Position numbers and translations under genes: made by a program. Under the pieces are notes generated by a model. That model searched no databases and had not been told where the DNA came from. It worked only from the letters and a program-made list of their open reading frames with translations. Positions 9,518 to 19,055 of a DNA stretch of 64,000 bases are shown piece by piece. The DNA comes from an uncultured Candidatus Babeliaceae bacterium (GTDB taxonomy: Bacteria; Babelota; Babeliae; Babelales; Babelaceae), in assembly GCA_963704655.1 (NCBI GenBank), contig OY969927.1, forward strand, positions 864,001 to 928,000, written 5' to 3'. Each line of letters begins with the position of its first letter. Position 1 is the first letter of the stretch.

Positions 9518-10051
9518 TTAAGCGGTACAAGCATTATACACAACAGGGGCTAATAGACCCACCATTATTGCGCCAAAAGCTGCTAATCCAAGGCTATCAA
9601 GCATTGTTGTTTTTTTTGGTGTAGGGTCCTCATCATAATAATCATTATATGCTGCAGCTAGACCAATAGATAACAGCCCGCATCCAATTGATAATCCAAC
9701 ACCTGCAAGTACAAACTCACCTGGGGTCAATTTAGCCATTGGTTCAAGACGCCTAATTATAGTATCATGAAAATTTATCATCTCTATGCGAGATTCAAGT
9801 CGATTAACCGCTACCGCTTGAGCTGCTTTTTCCAAGGCATTAACCTCAAGCCAACTAGCTCCACTAACTTTTAAGCATTCAACCTCTTCTTCAAAGTCTT
9901 TTACAACTTCACCTAAAAAACAGCTTTCTTGCCACAATGCTTCAAGCTTTTGATTTTCTGCATCAGAATAAGCCGAGTTCCATAAAGATGCAGCAATTGG
10001 TTGATTCACTGCGCATAAAGCTGCAATTACTAAAACTATATATTTTTTCAT
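9518..10051 (-). CDS. Secreted protein with C-terminal hydrophobic hairpin
   Basis: MKKYIV signal peptide; two hydrophobic segments separated by acidic loop YNDYYDEDP. Confidence 0.8.
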   Translation of the reverse strand: MKKYIVLVIAALCAVNQPIAASLWNSAYSDAENQKLEALWQESCFLGEVVKDFEEEVECLKVSGASWLEVNALEKAAQAVAVNRLESRIEMINFHDTIIRRLEPMAKLTPGEFVLAGVGLSIGCGLLSIGLAAAYNDYYDEDPTPKKTTMLDSLGLAAFGAIMVGLLAPVVYNACTA

Positions 10052-10098
10052 AAAAATTCCTTTAATTTGTATTATAAATTATACGCTTTTAATAATAA

Positions 10099-10126
10099 AT
10101 TATACGCAAATTGTAATTTTTGTCAA
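10099..10126 (-). promoter_or_regulatory. Sigma70-type promoter TTGACA-16-TATAAT
   Basis: Perfect hexamers on minus strand upstream of 10051. Confidence 0.7.
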
Positions 10127-10142
10127 TCTGACCCTCATTTTT

Positions 10143-10172
10143 AAAAAAAGAGCCCCGGCGATTGCCAGGGCC
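10143..10172 (-). terminator. Intrinsic terminator (duplicated module)
   Basis: Same hairpin and T-tract as 9450-9480. Confidence 0.85.
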
Positions 10173-10199
10173 TTTAAAAATCTAAAATTAATGGGCTAA

Positions 10200-10616
10200 T
10201 TAATTAGTTGCGCTTTGAATAGCTGCAACAGCAACGGCGCCAATTAAAGTTGCACCAGCAACTGTTAATACGCCGCGTGGGAACTCAGCGCCATCATTAC
10301 CTGCAGATATATAGCCTTTTGCAAAATCTGCTAAACCTTCAGCGACCTGAGCAACACCGCAAACACCTAAAAAAAGTGATACCATAGACGCTGAAACACC
10401 CGCGCTGAATAATGCAGCTTTTGGATCCATTTCAACATAAACCGGATATGCAGGATAAGCTGGATAAACGCTTACTGGTCTAAGGTAACCAAATGGGCCT
10501 GGGGTAATTACCACCGCGTCATAATACCCGTAAGGCGCGCAATAAAATGCTTCAGCCGGGTTACTTAACCCAAGCGTAAATATGCTTGCTAGAGCTATCA
10601 AAAAACTCTTTTTCAT
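10200..10616 (-). CDS. Secreted small protein with Tyr/Pro-rich N-part and C-terminal hydrophobic hairpin (tandem paralog family)
   Basis: MKKSFL signal; YPAYPAYP; GVAQVAEG...RGVLTVAGATLIGAVAV. Confidence 0.8.
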   Translation of the reverse strand: MKKSFLIALASIFTLGLSNPAEAFYCAPYGYYDAVVITPGPFGYLRPVSVYPAYPAYPVYVEMDPKAALFSAGVSASMVSLFLGVCGVAQVAEGLADFAKGYISAGNDGAEFPRGVLTVAGATLIGAVAVAAIQSATN

Positions 10617-10818
10617 AGTATTTTCCCTTATAATAACAGATATATGAATTCTTAATTTGTAATTTTTAGTTTAAACCTAAATGATTATATTTCAATAGTG
10701 TTCAAAATTTACCCAAAACCCGCACTTAACTTTTTTTTCTTGAGATTTACCAAACAAGTAATTATTCTACCAGTAAGAATACAATTTTTATTATTACCTA
10801 CATATAAAAGGAGTCTAC

Positions 10819-11028
10819 ATGTTTAATCTGTCCCAAAATGCAGCCGCCATTGCCAAAGGCATATTTTATGTCCTTGTGGGCATCATTCTTGGCTTAAGCG
10901 CACTGAATATTTTAACTGGCAGTGTCATGAATTATCTAATTTTAGCAATTGCAGTATATTTTATTGTGTACGGAGTTTTTCTTTCCGGTGTCTATGATAG
11001 AATATTCAGGCTTATAAATTCAAAATAA
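10819..11028 (+). CDS. Small two-TM membrane protein
   Basis: Strong RBS aaaggag; two hydrophobic helices. Confidence 0.75.
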   Translation: MFNLSQNAAAIAKGIFYVLVGIILGLSALNILTGSVMNYLILAIAVYFIVYGVFLSGVYDRIFRLINSK

Positions 11029-11052
11029 TATACAAACCAGAAAGGAAATAGC

Positions 11053-11205
11053 ATGACTTCTCCGGTTAAAGGCTATCTATACTTAGCGCTTGGCACACTG
11101 TTATTACTTATCGCCATGCCCACCATTTTAAATATCGTTTTATTCTTCATAGCAGTATTTTTTGTCCTTTCAGGCGCTGCACTTTTAAAAGACAATTGGT
11201 CATAA
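11053..11205 (+). CDS. Small two-TM membrane protein (50 aa, not in ORF track), similar to 10819..11028
   Basis: RBS aaagga; MTSPVKGYLYLALGTLLLLIAMPTILNIVLFFIAVFFVLSGAALLKDNWS*; terminator follows. Confidence 0.7.
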   Translation: MTSPVKGYLYLALGTLLLLIAMPTILNIVLFFIAVFFVLSGAALLKDNWS

Positions 11206-11209
11206 TTTC

Positions 11210-11231
11210 AGGGGCTACAATAGCCCCTTTT
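11210..11231 (+). terminator. Intrinsic terminator
   Basis: aggggcta-caa-tagcccct-ttt. Confidence 0.7.
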
Positions 11232-11322
11232 CTAATAACAGAGCCTTAAAATAAGGCCTTTTTTTTAATTTCCTAAAGTTTATGATAAACTTTAATTATA
11301 ATATTAAAAAAATAATCTTATC

Positions 11323-12237
11323 ATGGAACTCAAAATGGAAATAAAAAACAACCCTCTGTTATATTTAATAATACTAGGTTTTACCTTTACGACTTTTTTA
11401 GATGCAGCTGAAGCTTCTTCTTCAAGTTCAAGTAGCGACCAACAACAAAACGCTTCAAGCTCTTGGTTACCCAGCTGGGCCTGGGGAAGAACAACAAGCA
11501 ATTCAAACACCCCAAGTGATTATTTTGGTTTTGTCGCATCCTCAGGAAAATTAGCTACGGGTTTAGCCTGTTCAAGTGTTTTAATTTCGCAAGGCTTCAT
11601 AACTGGATCAAAATCAATAGGCACATCTTTTAAAGAGGCCACTAGAGATATGCATCTTAATGCTCATGTTAAATTCGAACCACAGAATCTTACTGATCTA
11701 AAAAGAATAAGTGAAAATTTAACCGATACAGCCTTTCACTTAACACATATAAGTGCAAAAGCGAGCATACATGATACAACGCTCAATGCTATTGATAAAA
11801 CAGTTCAAGATATCACCCAGGCTTTAGATCGCAGTTTAGAAAAAACAGACGATATAGCATACCGTATCGCAAACCCTGAAATAAGAATTTCACCTAACAC
11901 CACAACACAACTAGGCATAGTGGGCTTAGCGGCGACTACTGGTTATTTTGCAATTTCAACGCTTCAAAAAATCGCATTTAAATACATCGACAGAACAACA
12001 CAAACTCATTCAACCACCGATGTCTATATAGCATCTGGATGTAGTTTAGTTTTAGGCGCTTCAATTTTAGGTGTCTTATATAGCGGCAAACTTGCTGGCA
12101 ATACGCCACAAGTAACTCAAAAAAGAATGCGTCAGCAACAGCAACATGCAGAGATATTTGAGCTTGACGACACTGCCCCAAGCAGTAATCAAAGCAACTA
12201 TCAACAAATTGTTTTACCTAAACGCCTAACTAACTAA
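11323..12237 (+). CDS. Secreted/membrane protein with Ser-rich N-part and C-terminal hydrophobic hairpin
   Basis: Signal-like N-terminus, poly-Ser, two late hydrophobic segments. Confidence 0.75.
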   Translation: MELKMEIKNNPLLYLIILGFTFTTFLDAAEASSSSSSSDQQQNASSSWLPSWAWGRTTSNSNTPSDYFGFVASSGKLATGLACSSVLISQGFITGSKSIGTSFKEATRDMHLNAHVKFEPQNLTDLKRISENLTDTAFHLTHISAKASIHDTTLNAIDKTVQDITQALDRSLEKTDDIAYRIANPEIRISPNTTTQLGIVGLAATTGYFAISTLQKIAFKYIDRTTQTHSTTDVYIASGCSLVLGASILGVLYSGKLAGNTPQVTQKRMRQQQQHAEIFELDDTAPSSNQSNYQQIVLPKRLTN

Positions 12238-15200
12238 GTTTTGGTAAGTTGCGGTCATCAAGATCTGATTCTGGCGTAACGCGAATTAAGCGTGTAGGCG
12301 AGGCAATCTCTATGCCATTTTCGCGCAGTTTTTTAACGATTTCAAGACGAACCTGCGAGCTAATCTCCCACTGCTCCAGAACTTTATCTGCCGTTAAATA
12401 GCCACGCACCAGAAACTGATAGCCATTATCAACAAAATCATGCAACCACACAATCGGCGCAGGTGATTTTAAGATAGTATAATTGTCATGCAAAACGCTT
12501 AAAATAATATCTTTTACGCGCTGTGGATCTTTAGTATACGAAACAGTAATCATCATGTCGTTAAAGGCAAAATAGCTACGTGAGTAGTTCCAGTTGGTAA
12601 CCGCATTTAAGATAATTTGCGAGTTAGGCACAATAACCGTAACACTGTTTCTACGACGCAACACAACAGAACGTGGCGTAATATGGCGCACCACACCAAC
12701 GACATCGTCACTGATCTGTATAAAGTCGCCGATCTTAACCGGACGCTGCACCAGTATGATAAAGTATGAAAAGAAATCACGCAGTGGTTCCTGTAATGCA
12801 AAGCTCAAACCACCGATAATAATTGCAAATTTAGTAGTAAGGCCCTCTAAACCAGCATTAGAAAGACCAATAAAAACAGCTAATAAAATAATCGCATATT
12901 TAGTAAAGGCAGAAATAGTGTTCTGCACACCAACGCCAACTAAAAATGGATCGAAGACCCGTTTGAGAACAAACTGATTAATAACATAATTTAGAAATAT
13001 GCCACCCAATACAAATAAAATAATTTGTAAAAGTGAATACAACGTAACTGAAATTTCTCTACCAGCATCATCTTTAACGGCAGTTAATTCACGGTTTAAA
13101 AAATCACCAATGTCAGAGAACGTTACTCCATAACCCCAAATTGAGCCTACTGCAAAAACAAGCGCAACAACAAAAACGGCAAATGAAATAATAATAAAAA
13201 TGCCGTACCATAAGCGCCCAGAGCTGAAACGCTCACGCATAGTTTCACCCTCTTCATAATAAAAAAAGAGGTTAGATGAGGTACTTTTAAGCCTGCTATG
13301 AATCCATAAAAAGAATGGGAAAATAAGTAAGGTAAAAAATACACGGCTTAAGATATACAATACCTGCTGACCATACCCAACATAGGGATTACTCATCACA
13401 ATAATTGCAACAACGGCTAACAAGAACCCGTAATAATATTTTTCAAGATGCTCTTTTACCCATTGCCACAATGGCGTGTTATCAGGAATGTGCGCAAGAA
13501 CCTGTTTTTTGCCAATCAAAAAGATTAAACCTATTTGTATAACAATAAACATGAGGGCCAATAATATAGTCGGCAAATCTGACGTTAACGTATAATCAAG
13601 TAAAACAGCACCGCGTAAGAAATAAAGGACAACTAAGCTATATAACACGGTAGAAACAACACTAAAAAATCTACGCTCATATGATTGACTAATGATACTG
13701 TAATTTCTATAACGATTTTCACGCATAATAAAGCTTATAAATGCATGCGCTATATATAACAGATAAGGTATAGACAACAGTTCAATAAGTAATGACAAAT
13801 AGGTGTCCTGAATAATATTACCTATTACCAAAAGATAGAGAAATCCCCATATGAAAAGACCATTCATATGGATCAAAATAAACTTAATACCTAATGATAC
13901 CCATAGTCTCAAATAGACTAAAAACCCTGAGCCAGCTGTTCCTGCTTGTAAAAATTGGTACAAGTCGGGCAAGAAAAGGCGTAAGAGCATATAGATAATA
14001 CAGACCAAAATCGCATTAATAATAAACATTAATAAATATAATGGGTCCTTTAAATAATCAATGATGCCGTTAAATGCCTGTGAAAAATGTGAAAGGGTAA
14101 AATATTCAACCCCCGTTACATAAACACCATACGCAAAACGTTGTAAATCTGGCACAATATTTCTAATTTGGGACCATTCAATAGACTGTTCTGAACGTTT
14201 CCAAAAACCTTTTGTAGTAAGCTCACTCAACATCGAGGTGACATGCTTAAGCGAACCATCTATAACCGTAACAGTCGCCTGATATTTTTCAATAAGCTTA
14301 GCAGTAGTATCGATTTTTTGTCTGATATACTCTTCTGTCTCTTTTAATGATTTTTGACACTCTAAAAAGGTTACCTCATTCTCTTTAAATAATGCACGGC
14401 GCTGATCTTTCAGAGATTCCATTAACCCTTTAAGACTTTCAATCGACTTATTAAGGCGCTGCAAGCTTGAAATTGCAGCATCTCGTGAATCTGAAACCAT
14501 GCGGAGCTGAGCAGAAAGCTCACCTTTTGCAGCTTCATAGTACTTGATCGATTCATCGATATCACGGTCATTATCTGAGCGGAACTTGCGGCTCATAAAT
14601 TTATACCATGATTTTTTTATTTCAACTTCGATCGTTTCACGTTTTAATTCTGCCTTTAAATGATCGATCATCGCCTGGATATACTCTTTTGCAGTTTCAG
14701 CAAAGGAATCCTTTGCTAAATATGGATCAATCGATGTGAGCATTAACCATTGGGTAACGGTTTTGGGTTGAAAATTCCAGTCACGTAGCGCCTCAAGGTC
14801 ACTTGCAGAAAGATTATACTGTGCAACTATTTGAGCGATCTTCTTTTTTACTTCGTTTTGTACCTGAACAAGGTATTCAAGCTTTTCTTGGCGCAACTTA
14901 TTACGATCAGCAATAGACTGATTTCTTTTTTCTTCCAGCGCACTTTCTGCTTTTTTTACATATTTAAGAGGAATTACTGTTGCACGTTTAACACGTTTAT
15001 ATTCACGATCTAAAATTTCCAGCTGGGTTTTAGTAAAATGCAACTGTAAATTCGCTAATATTAAGCGATTTTCTGCCTCTTTCAATTTGAGACTCGTTAA
15101 CTCTTTACGCTGCGCTAAAAGACGTCCCTGAATATCAAGCAAGTCGCCATCAATAAGACTCGTTTGCGGCTGCTGACTGTAACTTTTTTGTTGTTTTGTT

Positions 15201-15805
15201 TTTTCTTTGATCTCAATCTGAAGCTGGTCTATCTCTTTGGTATAACGAGCCGTATCACCTTGCAACTTTTGCACAGTGTTTTTTAACTCTACCTGACGAT
15301 TTTTTGCATCTATGATCTTTTGATTAAGTTGCGCAAGCTCTTCAAAAGTATATGAGGCCCGCTCTTCGATTTTGAATTTATTAAATTGCGGGTCCGAGGC
15401 CACACCGTCAAGAATTTTTTTCATCTCTTCATAGAGCGACTTCAACTGCTGTGCAACAGCATCACGATCAACCACCAATTGAAGGAGTTGATTTAAGGAT
15501 GATACCTCTTTTGTTAGTACTTCTTTTTCATGCGCGTTAGTGGTACGCGTAAGCCGTTCATTCAAAACCTGGATATCGGCAGATATCTGTTCAAAGTCTT
15601 TTTTATATGAAGTCGCATCAAGTTGATTAATAAGATCTTGAAGATCTTTTAAAAATTTCTCATTACTCACAGTATTATTAACTACAGGAGCTTTACTTGT
15701 AAAAGCTCGAGCAACCGTATCAAACGCAAGAGCGTCAATATAGGGGAATAAAAGCAGTGCGTTAAAACGCACCAAGAGGCTAAAAAGAACTATTATTTTT
15801 TTCAT
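12230..15805 (-). CDS. Large mechanosensitive channel MscS/MscK-type
   Basis: Signal peptide, long coiled-coil region, multi-TM region, GLSFALQ...RPVKIGDFI...VIVPNS...TNW MscS core. Confidence 0.92.
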   Translation of the reverse strand: MKKIIVLFSLLVRFNALLLFPYIDALAFDTVARAFTSKAPVVNNTVSNEKFLKDLQDLINQLDATSYKKDFEQISADIQVLNERLTRTTNAHEKEVLTKEVSSLNQLLQLVVDRDAVAQQLKSLYEEMKKILDGVASDPQFNKFKIEERASYTFEELAQLNQKIIDAKNRQVELKNTVQKLQGDTARYTKEIDQLQIEIKEKTKQQKSYSQQPQTSLIDGDLLDIQGRLLAQRKELTSLKLKEAENRLILANLQLHFTKTQLEILDREYKRVKRATVIPLKYVKKAESALEEKRNQSIADRNKLRQEKLEYLVQVQNEVKKKIAQIVAQYNLSASDLEALRDWNFQPKTVTQWLMLTSIDPYLAKDSFAETAKEYIQAMIDHLKAELKRETIEVEIKKSWYKFMSRKFRSDNDRDIDESIKYYEAAKGELSAQLRMVSDSRDAAISSLQRLNKSIESLKGLMESLKDQRRALFKENEVTFLECQKSLKETEEYIRQKIDTTAKLIEKYQATVTVIDGSLKHVTSMLSELTTKGFWKRSEQSIEWSQIRNIVPDLQRFAYGVYVTGVEYFTLSHFSQAFNGIIDYLKDPLYLLMFIINAILVCIIYMLLRLFLPDLYQFLQAGTAGSGFLVYLRLWVSLGIKFILIHMNGLFIWGFLYLLVIGNIIQDTYLSLLIELLSIPYLLYIAHAFISFIMRENRYRNYSIISQSYERRFFSVVSTVLYSLVVLYFLRGAVLLDYTLTSDLPTILLALMFIVIQIGLIFLIGKKQVLAHIPDNTPLWQWVKEHLEKYYYGFLLAVVAIIVMSNPYVGYGQQVLYILSRVFFTLLIFPFFLWIHSRLKSTSSNLFFYYEEGETMRERFSSGRLWYGIFIIISFAVFVVALVFAVGSIWGYGVTFSDIGDFLNRELTAVKDDAGREISVTLYSLLQIILFVLGGIFLNYVINQFVLKRVFDPFLVGVGVQNTISAFTKYAIILLAVFIGLSNAGLEGLTTKFAIIIGGLSFALQEPLRDFFSYFIILVQRPVKIGDFIQISDDVVGVVRHITPRSVVLRRRNSVTVIVPNSQIILNAVTNWNYSRSYFAFNDMMITVSYTKDPQRVKDIILSVLHDNYTILKSPAPIVWLHDFVDNGYQFLVRGYLTADKVLEQWEISSQVRLEIVKKLRENGIEIASPTRLIRVTPESDLDDRNLPKLS

Positions 15806-16415
15806 AAGCGCACCAGGGCTCCATAATCATTGTTTTAAGTCGATCCGCATGGGGATGCAAAAGGATACATTCACGTAACCACTGTATCATTTTTTTTTCA
15901 AGAAACACATACTTTTGTTCATCGGGGAAACTTTCCCCTTGTGAATCTATACCAGAAACTACTAATGACAAAAATTCTCTGTCATGGGCATCACGCGGTT
16001 CTGGGTACATACCAATCATAATAAAAAATTTACACAAAAATAACTTTTGAAAAAAAGGTATATCGATCTCATTACTCAAAGGCTGGTAAAGCATCTCCAT
16101 TAAGCTAAAAATATTTTCAGCTTTATGATTTCGTGGGACAAAAAAATCGACAAGCTCGAGTGCATGGTGCAAAAACCAGATATTTTTAACTGCCCACTGT
16201 TGCGGAACAGCCACAACTTCAACATATTTTGCTGAATGCCAGGAGCCGTTAACGTGAGGACTATACTCAATTAATGCCCCGCGAGAAAGGTCACATGTGC
16301 GCCCTTTTTTATGCACATGCGCATGAATAGTGCCCAACTGTTGATCGAAAAAAATATATCCGTTACGCTGTGTTGTCGGCGTTTGCAGAACAATAGCATG
16401 GTGTAGTAATCGCAT
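15780..16415 (-). CDS. recO: DNA repair protein RecO (divergent)
   Basis: AIVL...FFDQQLGTI OB-fold start, ALELVDFF, LFLCKFFIMIGMYPE pattern; start placed at MRLLHH. Confidence 0.6.
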   Translation of the reverse strand: MRLLHHAIVLQTPTTQRNGYIFFDQQLGTIHAHVHKKGRTCDLSRGALIEYSPHVNGSWHSAKYVEVVAVPQQWAVKNIWFLHHALELVDFFVPRNHKAENIFSLMEMLYQPLSNEIDIPFFQKLFLCKFFIMIGMYPEPRDAHDREFLSLVVSGIDSQGESFPDEQKYVFLEKKMIQWLRECILLHPHADRLKTMIMEPWCAYEKNNSSF

Positions 16416-16491
16416 ATTTCCTGTATAATCAAGTAAGTTTTTAGTATAATACTTTAAGAATACACTATTATTGCGCACTTAAGGAACCTTT

Positions 16492-17124
16492 ATGATGAAT
16501 AAAAATAAAATCTTTTTACTCACACTTACTTTTATTACACTGCAGTGTGAAGAACGCGAAAACCCCCTGCCAGAGAAATCTCAAAATATAGAATTTTTAA
16601 AAAAATTTGCCTTTGAGGTATTGCAAGAAATGCAGCGCCAACCAGATGCTATTGTGAGTGGGGTCACCTTAGGGGATCTAGCGCATGCTCTTTCTTTACG
16701 AAATTACACAGAAGCTTCTATTGCGCACTTAACAAATTCAACACCTATAGAAAATCAACAGGTAGCATCAAGAAGTGTTACACCTGCCTCAAGACATGTT
16801 TCTCTGCAAAGCACAGATGCCTTAAGGATTTTAAGGAATCAAAACAGCTATATAGACCTACTTGAACGAGCACACAACGCTTTGTTAGCAAAAAAAATTA
16901 AAACATACACTACGCCTACCTTATTGCAGTCGGTTCCGCATTTAGCATTAACGGCTGGAACGCTTGCATATAACAACTATAAAGATAGCTTATTCCCATC
17001 ATCAAACGATGCACATACGCAAGACCCTGCCGTCTATTACACTGCAACTGGAGCGAATATACTGATTGGTTTTGGCTCAGCGTATATTGCACTTTCATTG
17101 ATCAACAGTATGATTAAACCTTAA
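16492..17124 (+). CDS. Hypothetical secreted protein with C-terminal hydrophobic segments
   Basis: RBS taagga; signal-like N-terminus. Confidence 0.7.
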   Translation: MMNKNKIFLLTLTFITLQCEERENPLPEKSQNIEFLKKFAFEVLQEMQRQPDAIVSGVTLGDLAHALSLRNYTEASIAHLTNSTPIENQQVASRSVTPASRHVSLQSTDALRILRNQNSYIDLLERAHNALLAKKIKTYTTPTLLQSVPHLALTAGTLAYNNYKDSLFPSSNDAHTQDPAVYYTATGANILIGFGSAYIALSLINSMIKP

Positions 17125-17215
17125 AGTTTTTTATCTTATCCCTCTTGTAGAAAAATAAAAATCGCTCTATGCTTATTGCGCTTTTTATCAGTTTATCTAA
17201 CAAAAGGATGATAAC

Positions 17216-17659
17216 ATGAACAAGTCAGTAAAATTTTTAGCAATTTCACTTTTAATGGTTCCTGCGCTCGTGCGCGCAGCCGATGATTCTGCACCTCAAA
17301 GCTGGTCAGCGTATGCGTGGTCAGGACTTACTTCTGGCGCTCGCGAACTTGGAACAGGCTTTGTTGGAGGTGTTGCTGGTGGCGCGTCAGCAGTTGTTGG
17401 CGGTGAGTTGGCTGATAAAGCAACTAAAAGCGGACTGGGCAAAGATGCAATTAATGCATTCGTTGTTCTTGGATCTGCAAAAGGCGCACAATGCGTTACT
17501 AAATTCACAGAAGAGCAACTTAGCATTGACAATACCAAGAAAACAGGGTTCCAAAGAGTTGCAAATTTTGCAGGCAAGGGCACTGGTTGGTTTGTAGCCC
17601 ATGTCTTTGTTGCTAGCGTTATCTCAGAAGCTAAAAAAAGAGCTGACCAACAAAACTAA
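17216..17659 (+). CDS. Secreted Gly/Ala-rich (glycine-zipper-like) protein
   Basis: RBS aaagga; signal peptide; GFVGGVAGGASAVVGG. Confidence 0.75.
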   Translation: MNKSVKFLAISLLMVPALVRAADDSAPQSWSAYAWSGLTSGARELGTGFVGGVAGGASAVVGGELADKATKSGLGKDAINAFVVLGSAKGAQCVTKFTEEQLSIDNTKKTGFQRVANFAGKGTGWFVAHVFVASVISEAKKRADQQN

Positions 17660-17673
17660 AAAAACTATTTTTA

Positions 17674-17713
17674 ATTAAAAGGCCCCAGATTTTAAAATCT
17701 GGGGCCTTTTAAT
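17674..17713. terminator. Bidirectional terminator, perfect 40-bp palindrome
   Basis: attaaaaggccccagatttt|aaaatctggggccttttaat between convergent genes. Confidence 0.85.
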
Positions 17714-17721
17714 AATTGTCT

Positions 17722-18150
17722 TTAATGCACGGTAGAAGTTACCACCGTAGATGTTGCAGCAGATGAGCTACTTTGCACACGAGCAGCTTCAAGCTGAGCG
17801 ATAGTCTCAACAAGAATGCCGGTGTATTCAATAACCGTAAATGCATTCAACTTGCCGCCAGAAGAAGCTAAAATCCCTAACGCCTCTTGCAGCGCCTGCT
17901 CAAAAAGCTGAATATCAAAAGAGTTGATCCCGGTGTTTAACTGCTGCAAAATTGTTACGAGCGCAGATGTATTTGTACTTGAGCTTAATAATGATGCGAT
18001 ATCTTGTAATACCGTAATAAGTTCAGACGAAGCTGTAACTCCTTGGCTTGACGAGGCAACATGCACATGCACATTCGCTGATGGCGCAGTTTGGGTATAG
18101 AGATTGTTGCTCAAAAGCAAACTTATAGCAAAAAAAGTTTTTTTATTCAT
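17722..18150 (-). CDS. Hypothetical secreted Ser/Thr-rich protein
   Basis: RBS taggag; MNKKTFFAISLLL signal. Confidence 0.75.
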   Translation of the reverse strand: MNKKTFFAISLLLSNNLYTQTAPSANVHVHVASSSQGVTASSELITVLQDIASLLSSSTNTSALVTILQQLNTGINSFDIQLFEQALQEALGILASSGGKLNAFTVIEYTGILVETIAQLEAARVQSSSSAATSTVVTSTVH

Positions 18151-18279
18151 ACAACTCCTAAAATAAAAATGATTTTTAAAAAAACTAATTGATCATAGTT
18201 TATTTTAAAACGTATAGCAATTTACGGTATACTTATTGTGCAAAAAAATTCAACCAAAAAAGAATGGAGATAATACAAC

Positions 18280-18969
18280 ATGAAAACTCTTACGTACACT
18301 TTCTATAGCGCGCTTATTTTTTTATCATTACACAGCATGCAAGAACTTGAACTATCAACAAAAACACTGCCAGAGAAAATATACCTGCTACATACTAAAA
18401 ATATCGGTAATGGGAATGAAAATTCACAATTTGAAGGCGTAATGAAAGAAGATGGGTGCGATTTGCATATCAGCCCAGATACTAAGGCTGCCATTACCCA
18501 AGAAATTTTCTATGATGGCATTAGAAATGCCCAAGAACATAGAAGTGCCTATATAGTTTATTTAATGAAGAAAAAATCAGAAAGAGATCTATATATTTAT
18601 CAACTATTAACAAATAAAGGGCTCAACCAAGTACCTATGCCAGCACAAGAAAAAGCGGCCCCATACCTTTATTCATTTGTAGACAACGTTTTTAATCGTA
18701 AAACAGAAAATATTCCAACACCCATCACAACTCAACCAGAATTCAAGCCAGCAAGAAGAACCAGTCAAGACGCCGTTTCACTAGACCTTGAAGTAAACTC
18801 AGGTTGGTGTTGGCCTGCACATACTAACAGCCCTACAAACAACCAGGGCAGCTCAAATGATAATTGTGCTGTGAGTTGCGCTCAACCTGAAGCACCTCAA
18901 TGCTGTGACTGTAGTGATTGGAACTGTGATTGCGGTGGTTGTGATTGCGATTGCGATGCTGGCGATTAA
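18280..18969 (+). CDS. Hypothetical secreted protein with Cys/Asp-rich tail
   Basis: RBS ggag; signal peptide; tail CCDCSDWNCDCGGCDCDCDAGD. Confidence 0.75.
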   Translation: MKTLTYTFYSALIFLSLHSMQELELSTKTLPEKIYLLHTKNIGNGNENSQFEGVMKEDGCDLHISPDTKAAITQEIFYDGIRNAQEHRSAYIVYLMKKKSERDLYIYQLLTNKGLNQVPMPAQEKAAPYLYSFVDNVFNRKTENIPTPITTQPEFKPARRTSQDAVSLDLEVNSGWCWPAHTNSPTNNQGSSNDNCAVSCAQPEAPQCCDCSDWNCDCGGCDCDCDAGD

Positions 18970-19055
18970 AATTTGTTGCAAAAGCTCTCTCTATTTTGTA
19001 TAACTACAGTCGTTGTATTTTTATACGTTTTCATGTACTTAAAAAAGGATTTATC

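Noticed and set aside
7704-10616. Integron cassette array
   Set aside because: No attC-like sites or intI seen; spacers are ordinary promoters and terminators
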